From the NCBI GenBank assembly GCA_963804955.1, contig CAWDSQ010000030.1:1-64000 (forward strand): 64,000 nt of DNA, given 5' to 3'. The stretch is from an uncultured delta proteobacterium. Its GTDB lineage: Bacteria > Desulfobacterota > WTBG01 > CAIYCZ01 > CAIRTM01. The position numbers and the translations under genes were made by a program. Positions 1 to 10,532 of this stretch are shown one piece after another. The notes under the pieces were generated by a model that searched no databases, was not told the DNA's origin, and saw only the letters and a program-made list of their open reading frames with translations. Position 1 is the stretch's first letter; every line of letters starts with the position of its first letter.

Positions 1-35
1 ACGAATCAGCTGCTCTACCACTGAGCTACGCTGGC
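1..35 (-). tRNA. tRNA-Thr(CGT), 5' half only (truncated by window edge)
   Basis: Reverse complement reads GCCAGCGTAGCTCAGTGGTAGAGCAGCTGATTCGT: acceptor 5' strand, D-arm AGCTCAGTGGTAGAGC, anticodon arm CTGAT-T-CGT. Confidence 0.9.
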
Positions 36-45
36 GGTTTGCCGG

Positions 46-711
46 TTACAGGAATGAAAAGAATGAACGCTTGATGAAGTCGAAATTGCTTTTTATTTCT
101 TTTTTGCCTTCGATAATCTCGTTGTGGCCGGGCAGCAGATAGGCGGCATCAAGCTGCGAAATAGCCTCGATGCTCTTTTTTAGCGTTGCGCTGCTGCCGC
201 CGGGGAAATCGGTTCGGCCGATGCTGCCGCAGAAGACCACATCGCCGGTTATGAGCGTTTCTTTTTCCGGCCAGTAGATGCAGATGGAGCCAGGAGAATG
301 GCCCGGAGCAAGAATGATTTTGAGATTAATACCCGCCGCGCTCAGATCGCCTTCCTCTGCATAGAAATCGATGCGGTACTTCGGCTGCTCAAGCCCGAAC
401 ATTCTGAAAAACTCTTTGCCGATGGTTTCGAGAAATTTTTCCTCGTCTTTATGCATGGTCATTTGAACGGCGCTGTCCATGAAGTGGGCGACCCCGTCAA
501 GATGATCGGGATGGGCATGCGTGGTCAGGACAAGCTTGATGTCCCCGGGGTCAAGGCCATCGCGCTTCATCTGATCCAGAATGCCCGGCACATAGCGCTT
601 GAGGCCCGGGTCGATAAGAATGAGGCCGTCGCCCTGCAGCACATAGGTGTTGCAGTTGTTTTCCATCATGTTCGTCCATGGATATGCATAGACGCCATCG
701 GTGACTTTCAT
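46..711 (-). CDS. MBL-fold metallo-hydrolase (glyoxalase II-like)
   Basis: THAHPDHLDG (HxHxDH), PGHSPG, TGD and PGH motifs. Confidence 0.9.
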   Translation of the reverse strand: MKVTDGVYAYPWTNMMENNCNTYVLQGDGLILIDPGLKRYVPGILDQMKRDGLDPGDIKLVLTTHAHPDHLDGVAHFMDSAVQMTMHKDEEKFLETIGKEFFRMFGLEQPKYRIDFYAEEGDLSAAGINLKIILAPGHSPGSICIYWPEKETLITGDVVFCGSIGRTDFPGGSSATLKKSIEAISQLDAAYLLPGHNEIIEGKKEIKSNFDFIKRSFFSFL

Positions 712-830
712 TGCCTGTCTCCATGAGTATTCTTAGGTAAAATCCTGCTATTTTTACCCTAAACCGCAAAAAATTTCAAGCGGGATTTGGGCATGGCTGT
801 AAATAATTGATGCTTTTTTGCAATAACCCT

Positions 831-859
831 TTGACTAAGCACAGTTGAGTGCTTAAGTT
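831..859 (+). promoter_or_regulatory. Putative sigma70 promoter of lon overlapped by a palindrome
   Basis: TTGACT-N17-TAAGTT, with TAAGCAC-N6-GTGCTTA palindrome at 836-855. Confidence 0.4.
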
Positions 860-981
860 AAAGGGCAAAGTTTAGAGTACGGCGTACAGAGTTTTGCCTG
901 CTTGACCGGGGTTGTAAAATGGTATATCTAAACGTAACAGAGTGTTTTTGAATCTATTTAATGTAAAGGTGGCCTATTATT

Positions 982-3427
982 ATGTATCAAAATGACAAAG
1001 AGCCAGTTGAGATCCCCGATGCACTGCCCATGCTTCCGGTGCGCGACATTGTGATTTTCCCCTATATGTTTCTTCCCCTGTTCGTGGGCCGTGAATCCTC
1101 CATAAAGGCGGTCGAATCAGCCATGGAAAAGGACAGGCTTATTCTGCTGGTTACCCAGAAAGACCCAGCCAATGACAAGCCCGGCCCCGAGGACATCTAT
1201 CCGGTCGGCACCGTGGCCATGGTGATGAAAAAGCTGAAGCTGCCCGATAACCGGATCAAAATACTGGTGCAGGGAATTGCCAAGGCCCGCATCAAGAGCT
1301 ATGCCCAGGAGGACCCCTCCTTTCTGGTTGAGATTGAAAAGATCGAGGAGATTATTCTTACGGATCTCAGCGTTGAAATCGAAGCGCTCATGCGCAATGT
1401 GAAGGAGCACTGCGAAAAGATCCTGTCCCTCAAAGGCCTCGTCTCCCCCGAAATTATGGAGGTGCTGGAAAATGTAAACGATCCGGGCAGGCTGGCAGAC
1501 CTGGTTGCCTCAAATCTGCGCCTCAATATTGAAGAGTCGCAGAAGGTGCTTGAAATACATGACCCGGTGGAGCGCCTCAACAAGGTCAACGAACACCTGT
1601 CAAAGGAGCTTGAGCTGTCCACCGTGCAGGCAAAGATCCAGACGCAGGCAAAGGAGGAGATGTCCAAGACGCAGCGCGAATATTTTCTGCGCGAGCAGCT
1701 CCGGGCCATCAAGGGCGAGCTTGGCGACCTTGATGAAAAGGCGCAGGAGGTGAATGAGTTTTCGGAAAAAATCAAAAAGGCCAAAATGCCTCCCGATGCG
1801 GAGAAGGAAGCCCGCAAGCAGCTGACCCGCCTTGAGCAGATGCACCCCGATTCGGCCGAGGCCTCTATCGTGCGGACCTATCTCGACTGGATGGTTGATC
1901 TGCCGTGGAACAAATCGACAAAAGACTGCCTTGACATTGCCAAGGCCAAAAAAGTGCTCGACGAGGACCACTATGATCTTGAAAAGGTCAAGGAGCGCAT
2001 TCTTGAGTACCTTTCGGTGCGCAAGCTGAAGAAAAAAATGAAGGGCCCGATTATCTGCTTTGCCGGCCCTCCGGGCGTGGGGAAAACATCTCTGGGGAAA
2101 TCGATCGCGCGGGCGCTCGGGCAGAAAGTTCGTGCGCATCTCTCTTGGCGGCATCCGCGACGAGGCGGAAATTCGCGGGCACCGCAGAACCTATATCGGC
2201 GCGCTGCCGGGCCGCATCATTCAGGGCCTGAAGCAGGCCGGCACCAACAACCCCATTTTCATGATGGACGAGATCGATAAAGTCGGCGCCGACTTTCGCG
2301 GCGATCCGTCGGCGGCGCTGCTTGAAGTGCTCGACCCCGAGCAGAACTATGCCTTCAGCGATCATTATCTGAACATTAATTTTGATCTGTCAAATGTCAT
2401 GTTCATCACCACGGCCAATATGGTGGAGCCCATCATGTCGGCGCTCAAGGACCGCATGGAGATTATCGAGCTTTCCGGGTACACCGACGAGGAAAAGCTC
2501 AAAATAACCCGGCAGTTTCTCATCCCACGGCAGCTGGAGGAAAACGGCATATCGGAGGAGTATATAAAGATTTCCGATGAGGCCATTCTTGCTGTTGTGC
2601 ATCAATATACGGCCGAAGCCGGGCTGCGCAACCTGGAGCGTGAAATCGGCACGGTCTGCCGCAAGGTGGCCCGCGCAGTGGCCGAAGGCAATAAGGCCGA
2701 GCATAAAATAACCAAGAGCAATATAAACAAATACCTCGGCGTTCCCAAGCGCCTGCCTGAAGAGGACCGGGAGGTCAATGAAATAGGCATCGCCACCGGC
2801 CTTGCCTGGACGCAGGTGGGCGGCGAGCTGCTGTATATAGAGGCCATGCTCATGAAGGGCAAAGGCAACCTGGTGCTTACGGGATCGCTGGGTGATGTCA
2901 TGAAAGAATCTGCTCAGGCAGCCCTTTCCTATATCCGCGCGCGGGCCGATGCGCTTGGTATCAGCCCGACGCTTTTTGAAAAGCACGATATCCATATCCA
3001 TGTGCCGGCAGGCGCCATCCCCAAGGACGGCCCCTCGGCAGGCATTACCATGGCAACGGCGCTTATCTCGGCCATCACCCGGGTCCCGACCAGCAAGGAC
3101 ATTGCCATGACAGGGGAGATCACCCTGCGCGGCCGCGTGCTGCCCATCGGCGGGCTCAAGGAAAAGGCCCTTGCGGCGCTGCGGCACAATATCACCAAAG
3201 TCATCATTCCCGAGCGCAACCGCAAGGACCTTGAAGATATGCCCGAGACCATCAAAAACAAGATGGAGTTTATTTGCGTCAACACCGTTGATGATGTTCT
3301 TGATGTTGCGCTGGTAAAAAAAGTTTTGAAAAAAGGCCCTGTCGCACAGGCGCTGAAAAAGAAAAGCCCGAAGAAAGCCGCTGCCGCGACCACACAGCGC
3401 ACTAAAAAGAAGAAACGTGCAGATTAA
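982..3427 (+). CDS. lon: ATP-dependent Lon protease (one apparent frameshift near 2120)
   Basis: LON N domain ([13 protein letters not shown]), Walker [15 protein letters not shown], and [15 protein letters not shown] protease motifs across ORFs 982-2280 and 2060-3427. Confidence 0.95.
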
Positions 3428-4409
3428 AAAGCTCGGCGAATTCGGCCTGATCGAAAAGATTGCCCGCAGTGCCGCCGTATCGGACCCGCAGGTGGTGAAA
3501 GCCATCGGAGACGATGCGGCGGTCGTTTCTCTCAACAGTACCGCCTGCCTGCTTGTCACCACCGATATTCTGAAAGAAGGCATACACTTCAAAAAAGAAT
3601 ATTCAAGCCCGTTTGTTCTGGGCAAAAAGTGCCTTGCCGTAAATTTAAGCGACATAGCCGCCATGGGCGGAATGCCTCAGTACTACTTTGTTTCCATAGC
3701 AATTCCGCCGGACACGCAGTATGGCTTCATCCGGGAGCTGTACCGGGGGATGCAAGCTCAGGCGCGGCGCTTCGGCGTTCAGCTTCTGGGCGGCGACACG
3801 ACGGCCTCGCAGGATTCGCTTGTGGTGAGCATAACCCTTCTGGGCAAGGCGGCAAAAAGCCATGTGCTGTATCGCCATGGCGCCGGCCCCGGCGATCTGA
3901 TTTTTGTGACCGGCACGCTGGGCGATTCAGCGCTGGGGCTTATGCTGCTTGAAAAAGGCGGGGTCCCGGCGCACAACGGGCTTGTGAAACGGCATAGCGA
4001 CCCGCAGCCGCGCATTGAGGCAGGGCAGGCTTTAGCTTGCAGCCGGGTTGCAAGCGCCATGATGGACATAAGCGACGGGCTGGCCGGCGACCTTCGGCAT
4101 ATTATGAAGCAGAGCAGGGTGGGCGCGCGGATTTTTCTTGACCGTTTGCCGCTGTCTGCGGCATACAGGAGACAGTGCCCGGCGCTTGTACGGAATTTTT
4201 ATACGCCGGCACTTTGTGGAGGCGAGGATTATGAATTGCTGTTCACGGTGCCGCGGCGCAATGAAAAGCGGGTGCGGCTGCTTGCTGAAAAGCTTGCCTT
4301 GCCCATGACCTGCATCGGTGAGATAACTGATAAGCGCAGGGGGCTTGTAGTTGCTGACCGGCACGGCAAAAGGGTCAGGCCTCTTCCGACAGGCTTTCGG
4401 CATTTTTAA
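3417..4409 (+). CDS. thiL: Thiamine-monophosphate kinase
   Basis: [33 protein letters not shown] and [10 protein letters not shown] motifs. Confidence 0.95.
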   Translation: MQIKKLGEFGLIEKIARSAAVSDPQVVKAIGDDAAVVSLNSTACLLVTTDILKEGIHFKKEYSSPFVLGKKCLAVNLSDIAAMGGMPQYYFVSIAIPPDTQYGFIRELYRGMQAQARRFGVQLLGGDTTASQDSLVVSITLLGKAAKSHVLYRHGAGPGDLIFVTGTLGDSALGLMLLEKGGVPAHNGLVKRHSDPQPRIEAGQALACSRVASAMMDISDGLAGDLRHIMKQSRVGARIFLDRLPLSAAYRRQCPALVRNFYTPALCGGEDYELLFTVPRRNEKRVRLLAEKLALPMTCIGEITDKRRGLVVADRHGKRVRPLPTGFRHF

Positions 4410-4520
4410 GACAGGCAAAGAATCAGGCTGTAGACTATAGGCTGTCCGAGCTGACGAGGCGAAGTCGAATCGAGACTGAACTGAAGGACTAACGCCCGGC
4501 TTTACAACGAAAGAGACGCC

Positions 4521-5270
4521 ATGAACGAAAAGGACATTGAAAAGCTTCTCAAGCAAGTTCAGAAAGGGGCCCTCTCGGTTGAGTCTGCGGTACAGAACCT
4601 CAAGACGCTGCCTTTTGAAGACATAGGCTTTGCCACTATCGACCATCACCGCGCCATGCGGAAAGGGTTTCCCGAGGTGATTTTCGGTGAAGGCAAAACA
4701 GCCGGGCATATTATCGGGATCATGAAAAAGATGGCAGTGCATAAATCCCATGTGCTTGCCACGCGCATAGATGAAAAAAAAGCAAAGCTGATAAAAAAAA
4801 CGTTCCCGAAGGCTGTCTACCACCCGTCCTCCCGGGCGCTGACACTGGCAAGCGGCCCCATTGAGCAGCGCGGCCGCGGCTCCATACTTGTCGTGTCGGC
4901 AGGCACCTCCGATATACCCGTTGCGGAAGAAGCGATTGTGACTGCCCGGATCATGGGCAATGTGGTCGATCATGTGTATGACGTGGGCGTCGCAGGCATA
5001 CACCGCCTGATGAATGAGAAAGAGAAGCTTCTGTCGGCAAATGTCATAGTCGTTGCAGCGGGCATGGAGGGGGCATTGCCCAGTGTGGTTGGCGGCCTTG
5101 TCTCGCGGCCCGTCATTGCCGTGCCGACCAGCACCGGTTACGGTGCAAGCTTCGGCGGCGTGGCGGCGCTGCTGGGCATGCTCAACTCCTGCGCCTCAGG
5201 CCTTGCCGTGGTGAACATCGACAACGGCTTCGGCGCAGGCTATATGGCAAGCCTTATAAATCAGCAATAA
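4521..5270 (+). CDS. larB: Nickel pincer cofactor biosynthesis protein LarB (PurE-like)
   Basis: DHHRAMRKGFPEVIFGEGK, AGTSDIPVAEEA, DVGVAGIHRL, AVPTSTGYG and VVNIDNGFGA motifs. Confidence 0.92.
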   Translation: MNEKDIEKLLKQVQKGALSVESAVQNLKTLPFEDIGFATIDHHRAMRKGFPEVIFGEGKTAGHIIGIMKKMAVHKSHVLATRIDEKKAKLIKKTFPKAVYHPSSRALTLASGPIEQRGRGSILVVSAGTSDIPVAEEAIVTARIMGNVVDHVYDVGVAGIHRLMNEKEKLLSANVIVVAAGMEGALPSVVGGLVSRPVIAVPTSTGYGASFGGVAALLGMLNSCASGLAVVNIDNGFGAGYMASLINQQ

Positions 5271-5290
5271 TGCATGATGGCGATTAATCC

Positions 5291-5315
5291 AGGGGCGACC
5301 GGCCGGTCGCCCTAC
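5291..5315 (-). repeat. GTAG-type REP hairpin
   Basis: AGGGGCGACCGGCCGGTCGCCCTAC; the reverse complement begins GTAGGGCGACCGG and is palindromic. Confidence 0.6.
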
Positions 5316-5330
5316 TTAGGAACAATTGCT

Positions 5331-5872
5331 ATGCGCATTCTTAATCTCTACCACAGCCAGACCGGCAATACGCAAAAGATAGCCCTGCGTATTGCTGAGA
5401 CTGCAGCAAAGACGCACGGCCACAGCGTCGACACGCTGCAGGCGGCAAAAGAGCTTGAGGTCTGATGTGCTGGCATATGATTTTTTCTTTGTCGGGCTCA
5501 GGCGTCTACCAGTGGCTGCCCGGCAAGCCCATGCTCGATTTTCTGCGCGCTACCCGGCAGCGCTACTCGCAGGCAGGCCTTATCCGCCCCTGCTCCCCGC
5601 GCCTTGCGGGCAAGCACGCGGTCATCTACTGCACCTATGGCGGCGTGCATACGGGTATCAATGAGGCAGTGCCGGCGGTAAAGTTCTGCGGCCAGCTGTT
5701 TGATCATCTGGGCATAACGGTGCTTGATGAGTGGTATTTCATCGGCGATTTCAAGACCGATGAATTTAAAAAGCATAATACCGGCGGCCGTTTCGGCGAC
5801 ATAAACGGACGGCCGGACGAGCGCGATTTGAAAGAGGTTTCTGAGCGGGTACAGGCAATTCTCACCGTATAA
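5331..5872 (+). CDS. Flavodoxin-family protein (frameshift near 5462)
   Basis: N-terminal YHSQTGNTQKIA FMN-binding loop, continued by the 5465-5872 frame (GSGVY..., GRPDERDL). Confidence 0.75.
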
Positions 5873-5888
5873 CCTGAAAGGATTTTTC

Positions 5889-7235
5889 ATGAACGAGCAG
5901 ATATTTAGAGAGTATGACATTCGAGGAGTAGTGGCAACTGATCTTGTGCCCGAGACCGTTGAGAATCTCGGCAGGGCCGTGGGCACGCATCTGTTGCGCA
6001 GCGGCGCCTCAGAGCTGGTGCTTGGCCGCGACTGCCGCCTGTCGTCGGACAGCCTGCGCGACAGCCTCGTGCGGGGCCTGCTTGCAACGGGCATCAATGT
6101 TGTTGATATCGGCGTCTGCCATACGCCTCTTGTGTATTTTTCGCTTTTTCACCTGGCGCTGAACGGCGGCGTTATGATAACGGGCAGCCATAATCCGCCC
6201 GAGTGCAACGGGTTCAAGGTGTGCCGGGGCAAATCAACCATTCACGGGGCCGAGATTCAGGAGCTGAAGAATCTTATCCTTGCCCGAGACTTTGAAAAGG
6301 GTGAAGGCAGGCTGCGGCATGAGTCAGTGCTTGCGGCCTACTGGGAGCGGATCGCCGCGCGATGTGGGCATAGCCCGGCCGCTCAAGGTCGTGGTCGATG
6401 CGGGCAACGGCACCGGCGGCATGGCAGGCGGTGCCGCTGTTCAAGCGTATGGGCTGCGAGGTTATCGAGCTTTTTTGCGATATGGACGGCAACTTCCCCA
6501 ACCATCACCCCGACCCGACGGTGCCGGCCTTTATGCAGACGCTCATCGAGACGGTGAAGTCGGAGAAGGCCGATATCGGCATAGCCTTTGACGGCGACGG
6601 CGACCGCATCGGAGCGGTTGACGAGCAGGGCGCCATCATCTGGGGTGACCAGCTCCTTATCATTTACGCCCGCGAAATTTTAAAAGAACTGCCCGGCGCC
6701 ACGATCATCTCCGAGGTAAAGGCGTCGCAGAGCCTGTACAATGATATCACCGCACGCGGCGGCAGGGCCATCATGTGGAAGACGGGCCATTCGCTCATCA
6801 AGGCCAAGATGAAGGAAGAGAACGCGGTGCTTGCCGGCGAGATGAGCGGCCATATGTTTTTTGAGCACCGCTATTTCGGCTTTGACGATGCCGTGTACGC
6901 GGCCTGCCGCCTTCTTGAGATACTTTCAAAAACCTCTGCTCCGGCAAGCAGCCTTCTTGCACGATGTGCCGAAGACATACACGACCCCTGAAATACGGGT
7001 TGATTGCCCGGATGAGAAAAAATTTCCGCTCATTGAAGCTGTCAGAGATATCTTCAGGAAGAAGTATGATGTTATTGATATCGACGGCGCCCGCATACTC
7101 ATGCCGGGCGGCTGGGGTCTGGTGCGGGCCTCAAACACGCAGCCGGTGCTGGTGCTGCGGTTTGAGGCGGACACGCCCGAGCGGCTGGAAGCTATCCGGC
7201 GCGAGGTTGAAGCCGAGGTGAAAAAGCGTTTGTAG
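5889..7235 (+). CDS. Phosphomannomutase/phosphoglucomutase (several apparent frameshifts)
   Basis: IFREYDIRG, TGSHNPP, FDGDGDR, GEMSGH and WGLVRASNTQP motifs over consecutive frames. Confidence 0.92.
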
Positions 7236-7319
7236 AAAGAAAAATGCTCTTAAGACAATAAAAATGCCTGATGGAAACTGGATCAAGCGGAATCCTTTCT
7301 TTGCTGTCAGTTGGTGGGC

Positions 7320-7347
7320 GGGCTCGCGGTTGCGGGCCCTTTTTTTT
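7320..7347 (+). terminator. Intrinsic terminator
   Basis: GGGCTCGC-GGTT-GCGGGCCC hairpin followed by a T run, between convergent genes. Confidence 0.7.
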
Positions 7348-7357
7348 GTTTATGGAT

Positions 7358-7872
7358 TTACGGTTGCGATTCTGCGGCAAGTGGCGCGGTAAGCCTGTAA
7401 ACGCAGAAATAGTCCGAGACGGCATCCGACTTCATTTTCCCGCCAAATGCTTTTGCTGCAGCCTCCGATGGAAACATGCCGACATACACCCGCTGCCAGG
7501 TTCCGCTGCCGGGCAGGTCGGTTTCCCTGATAAAGACCGGCTGGCCCGTTTGCGCTGCAATGTTTCTGCGCTGCGCTGCTGGGCAAAATCAGGCCGCTTA
7601 AATGAAAAGAGATGCACGCTGTAGAAATGATCCGCCGCTTCGGCGGGTGCTGACGGGATTGCCTTTTGTGTTTGTGCGGGCTCAGCAGCGGGCTCGGCCT
7701 TTTGGGGCTGCTTTGCGGTGGCTGCATATATTTTCTGCTCTACTGATATGTCAACCGGGAATTCCTGCCGCGGCTCGGGATCGGGGCGATAGACAAACCC
7801 TCCGCCGCATCCTGCGCATGCAGCCGTCAGAAGGAAAGCGCAGCAGAGTAGGCCACTGTGCACAATGTGCAT
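7358..7872 (-). CDS. SPOR-domain putative lipoprotein (frameshift near 7548)
   Basis: Signal peptide with Cys, Pro/Ala linker and YSVHLFSF; the shifted frame gives GTWQRVYVGMFPSEAAAKAF, typical of SPOR domains. Confidence 0.65.
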
Positions 7873-7930
7873 TTTGCCATTGCATGGTTGGGGATACTGC
7901 GGTCATTTTTTAAAAAGCCCGTCAAGAGGA

Positions 7931-8188
7931 TTATGCTTTGCAGCAACGTCCTGCAGCATTTCCTGCCGCGTCACGTTCTGCGAATGAAAAGTAGTCGCAG
8001 AAATTCGAGTTTTCTTTATCAACGACGCGCTCAGCCTGTGATTCCCGGCATTTATTATGCGAGCCTGAATCATAAAAACGGCAGTTCAGGCAGCAGTGCA
8101 GATCAGCGTTGCAGTGCGGGCAGGTATCGGTGCGCCCTATCCGATCGCCTGTTTCGATTGGTTTTTTGCAGCTATGGCAGTAAGGCAT
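7931..8188 (-). CDS. Small Cys-rich putative metal-binding protein
   Basis: MPYCHSC...CPHC...CCLNC...C...NFCDYF pattern. Confidence 0.7.
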   Translation of the reverse strand: MPYCHSCKKPIETGDRIGRTDTCPHCNADLHCCLNCRFYDSGSHNKCRESQAERVVDKENSNFCDYFSFAERDAAGNAAGRCCKA

Positions 8189-8362
8189 TCGGAGCATCTC
8201 CCGTATGCAGCCTGTAAGATTGTATTTGTGATTAGCACAAATTATGCTATAAATCCATAACTTGCCAAAAGGGGGGCTCGCTAAACCCGTGTGTTTGGGC
8301 ATTCAAAAGGCTTTATAATAATAACGATGTTTATATAACAGCATTTAAGTGAAGGAGTAGCA

Positions 8363-8779
8363 ATGGGATCAAATACTAAAGAAATACGTGAGATGCAGAA
8401 GCAGAAGCTTGATGCTCGGCTTGCCGCACGCAAGGCTGAACTTGTAAAGCAGGGGCTCACAACCGATGCCCAGCAGAAGAAGGACAAGGTCCTTCTGCAT
8501 CTGAAGGCTGAGATAAAGCGGACCGCCAGGGCCGTTGCTTCAATCGACAAAATGAGGAAAACTGTTGACGACGCACATCAAAAGAAAATCGACAATGCGG
8601 CAAAGGCTGCGGCTGAAGGCCCCAAGAAGAAAAAGGCGCCGGCAGCTCCCGTGAAGGAAGCAAAGAAGGAAAAAAAGGAAAAGAAGGCTGATAAAGCAGA
8701 AAAGCCAGCGAAGGCTCAAGGCTTGACCCGCATTTTTTGCAGTGTCGCGCCTATCGTGCAAGGCCGGGATCACCAGTGA
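8363..8779 (+). CDS. Lys/Ala-rich basic hypothetical protein
   Basis: RBS AAGGAG; coiled-coil N-terminus and very basic tail. The true stop may lie earlier because the ORF runs into the terminator. Confidence 0.7.
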   Translation: MGSNTKEIREMQKQKLDARLAARKAELVKQGLTTDAQQKKDKVLLHLKAEIKRTARAVASIDKMRKTVDDAHQKKIDNAAKAAAEGPKKKKAPAAPVKEAKKEKKEKKADKAEKPAKAQGLTRIFCSVAPIVQGRDHQ

Positions 8780-8799
8780 GTGATTCCGGCCTTTTTTTT
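8760..8799 (+). terminator. Intrinsic terminator between convergent genes
   Basis: AGGCCGGGATCAC-CAGTGA-GTGATTCCGGCCT followed by a T run. Confidence 0.75.
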
Positions 8800-8891
8800 C
8801 AGGCCGTGCTCACCTTCAGCTGCTCGACAAAATCCTTCTCAAGCCTTCGGTCATAGGCTTCTTCCTGGTCTTCATTGTGCACATTTTCCAT
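8799..8891 (-). CDS. Putative 30-aa acidic small protein (MENVHNEDQEEAYDRRLEKDFVEQLKVSTA)
   Basis: GGAG RBS 6 nt upstream of the ATG; the stop abuts the terminator. Confidence 0.45.
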   Translation of the reverse strand: MENVHNEDQEEAYDRRLEKDFVEQLKVSTA

Positions 8892-9073
8892 GACATACTC
8901 CTTGTCAAAGTAATTTAAAATATATTATAGTTCAAATATTGATATAAATTTCGGGGCATCAGTGACAGGAAATTGATTTTTGCAGAGGCAGGTTTTAAAC
9001 CTGTGTGTTCAGTGATTAGCTGACGTTTTGCTCAGCATGATTTTATCCTTCAATCAAGCGATGGCAGGATTCT

Positions 9074-9469
9074 ATGAACGAAAAAGATCTGATTGATTAT
9101 ATGTATATAGGCCTGTTCTTTCTGTGCGGCATCGCTGCAGCAGGCGCTCCGATTCTTATATCGCATCTGGTGCAGCCCCGCCTGAAAATTGCAAAGGCAA
9201 CGCTTCAGACCTATGAGTGCGGCAATATACCCTTCGGCCAGTCCTGGGATTTCCGGCATGGCATAGGCTTTTACAGCTACGCTCTCATCTTTCTTGCCTT
9301 CGAGGTCGATGTTCTCTATCTCTATCCCGTTGCGACGGTCTTTCATAAGGTGCCCGCGCTTCGCGGCATCGGCATGTTTTTCATATTTCTCGGCATACTT
9401 GCCCTTGGGCTTGTTTATGCGTGGCGAAAAGGGGTCTTTTTATGGACGAGCGAAAAAAAGATATATTAA
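9074..9469 (+). CDS. nuoA: NADH-quinone oxidoreductase subunit A
   Basis: [18 protein letters not shown] and YAWRKG motifs; three TM segments. Confidence 0.9.
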   Translation: MNEKDLIDYMYIGLFFLCGIAAAGAPILISHLVQPRLKIAKATLQTYECGNIPFGQSWDFRHGIGFYSYALIFLAFEVDVLYLYPVATVFHKVPALRGIGMFFIFLGILALGLVYAWRKGVFLWTSEKKIY

Positions 9470-10038
9470 ATCTCAATGAGTATGCGGCAAAGCTGCGCCG
9501 CCGGGCGGACGAGGCTGCTGTGTACGAGGCAGCGCCCCTTGCCCGCATACCTATCGTTGAAAAGATACTTGATGCCTGCCGGGCCAACTCCCTGTGGCCG
9601 CTTACGTTCGGCCTGTCATGCTGCGCCATCGAAATGATGAGCGCCGGCATGGCCCGCTTTGACATATCGCGCTACGGCTCGGAGGTTTTCAGGCCTTCGC
9701 CGCGCCAGGCCGACCTCATGATCGTAGCGGGAACCGTCAATAAGAAGATGGCCGAAATCCTGGTGACGCTGTACGAGCAAATGCCCTCTCCCAAGTGGGT
9801 TATTGCCCTTGGCAACTGCGCCATCTCCGGCGGACCGTTTGCCGGTGATGACAATTACTACGTGATTGAAGGTGTTGACAGGCTTGTTCCTGTGGATGTG
9901 TATGTGCCGGGCTGTCCGCCGCGGCCCGAAGGGCTCCTTGAGGCCATACTGAAGCTGCAGGAAAAGATTACGGGCAAGCGGCATCCGTTTCCGCAAAACA
10001 GGCACAAAACAGGGGAAAGCACATGCTCGACCAGGTGA
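9442..10038 (+). CDS. nuoB: NADH-quinone oxidoreductase subunit B
   Basis: [22 protein letters not shown] and [10 protein letters not shown] motifs. Confidence 0.93.
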   Translation: MDERKKDILNLNEYAAKLRRRADEAAVYEAAPLARIPIVEKILDACRANSLWPLTFGLSCCAIEMMSAGMARFDISRYGSEVFRPSPRQADLMIVAGTVNKKMAEILVTLYEQMPSPKWVIALGNCAISGGPFAGDDNYYVIEGVDRLVPVDVYVPGCPPRPEGLLEAILKLQEKITGKRHPFPQNRHKTGESTCSTR

Positions 10039-10508
10039 AATTCACAGATGAGCTTAAGGCCCTTTCCGAGACAGTCGACCTGGATGAACAGGCAACCCGT
10101 GGCTGGCATATGAACGTGCGCCTGCAGGCAGACCGTTTGCTTGAGTGCGCGGAACTGCTGCTGGCGCATGAGTTTTATTTAAGCTTTCTTACCGTCGTGC
10201 ATGTGAGGCCTGACTGCGAGGTGGTCTACCAGTTCGGCCATTTTGAGAAACCCTGCATGATTATGGTGCGGGTTTCCGCCGGCGCCGAAAAGGCCGTGCC
10301 ATCTATTGCAAACATTTTTCAGGGTGCGGCATGGCATGAGCGTGAGGCCCATGATTTTTTTGGTGCTGGTTTTACGGGACATCCCCACCTGCAGTCGCTT
10401 ATCCTTTCCCGCGAAGAGCGCGATTTCAACCCGCTGTTGAAAGGGGATGCGCAGCTGAAGTCCAGCGCCGACATTTTCCCACCACAGCCGCAGAGCGATG
10501 GCCACTAG
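10023..10508 (+). CDS. nuoC: NADH-quinone oxidoreductase subunit C
   Basis: [23 protein letters not shown]...GHP...PLLK motif. Confidence 0.85.
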   Translation: MLDQVKFTDELKALSETVDLDEQATRGWHMNVRLQADRLLECAELLLAHEFYLSFLTVVHVRPDCEVVYQFGHFEKPCMIMVRVSAGAEKAVPSIANIFQGAAWHEREAHDFFGAGFTGHPHLQSLILSREERDFNPLLKGDAQLKSSADIFPPQPQSDGH

Positions 10509-10532
10509 CTGTTGCGTCCATCCCAAAAACAC

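Noticed and set aside
1..35. tRNA-anchored genomic island or prophage att site
   Set aside because: Only the tRNA 5' half is visible, and there is no integrase or phage gene in the window.
2100..2130. Programmed frameshift or pseudogene in lon (likewise typA, argH, PMM)
   Set aside because: Similar single-base breaks occur throughout the window without consistent slippery sites; sequencing error is the simpler explanation.
2390..5003. Long antisense ORFs (2390-3664, 4032-5003; also 40584-41645, 41819-42838, 43783-44706, 51836-52687)
   Set aside because: Shadow frames opposite well-supported genes in GC-rich coding DNA; no motifs.
7236..7320. Possible small RNA after the PMM gene
   Set aside because: Only the terminator hairpin is supportable; no recognisable ncRNA motif.
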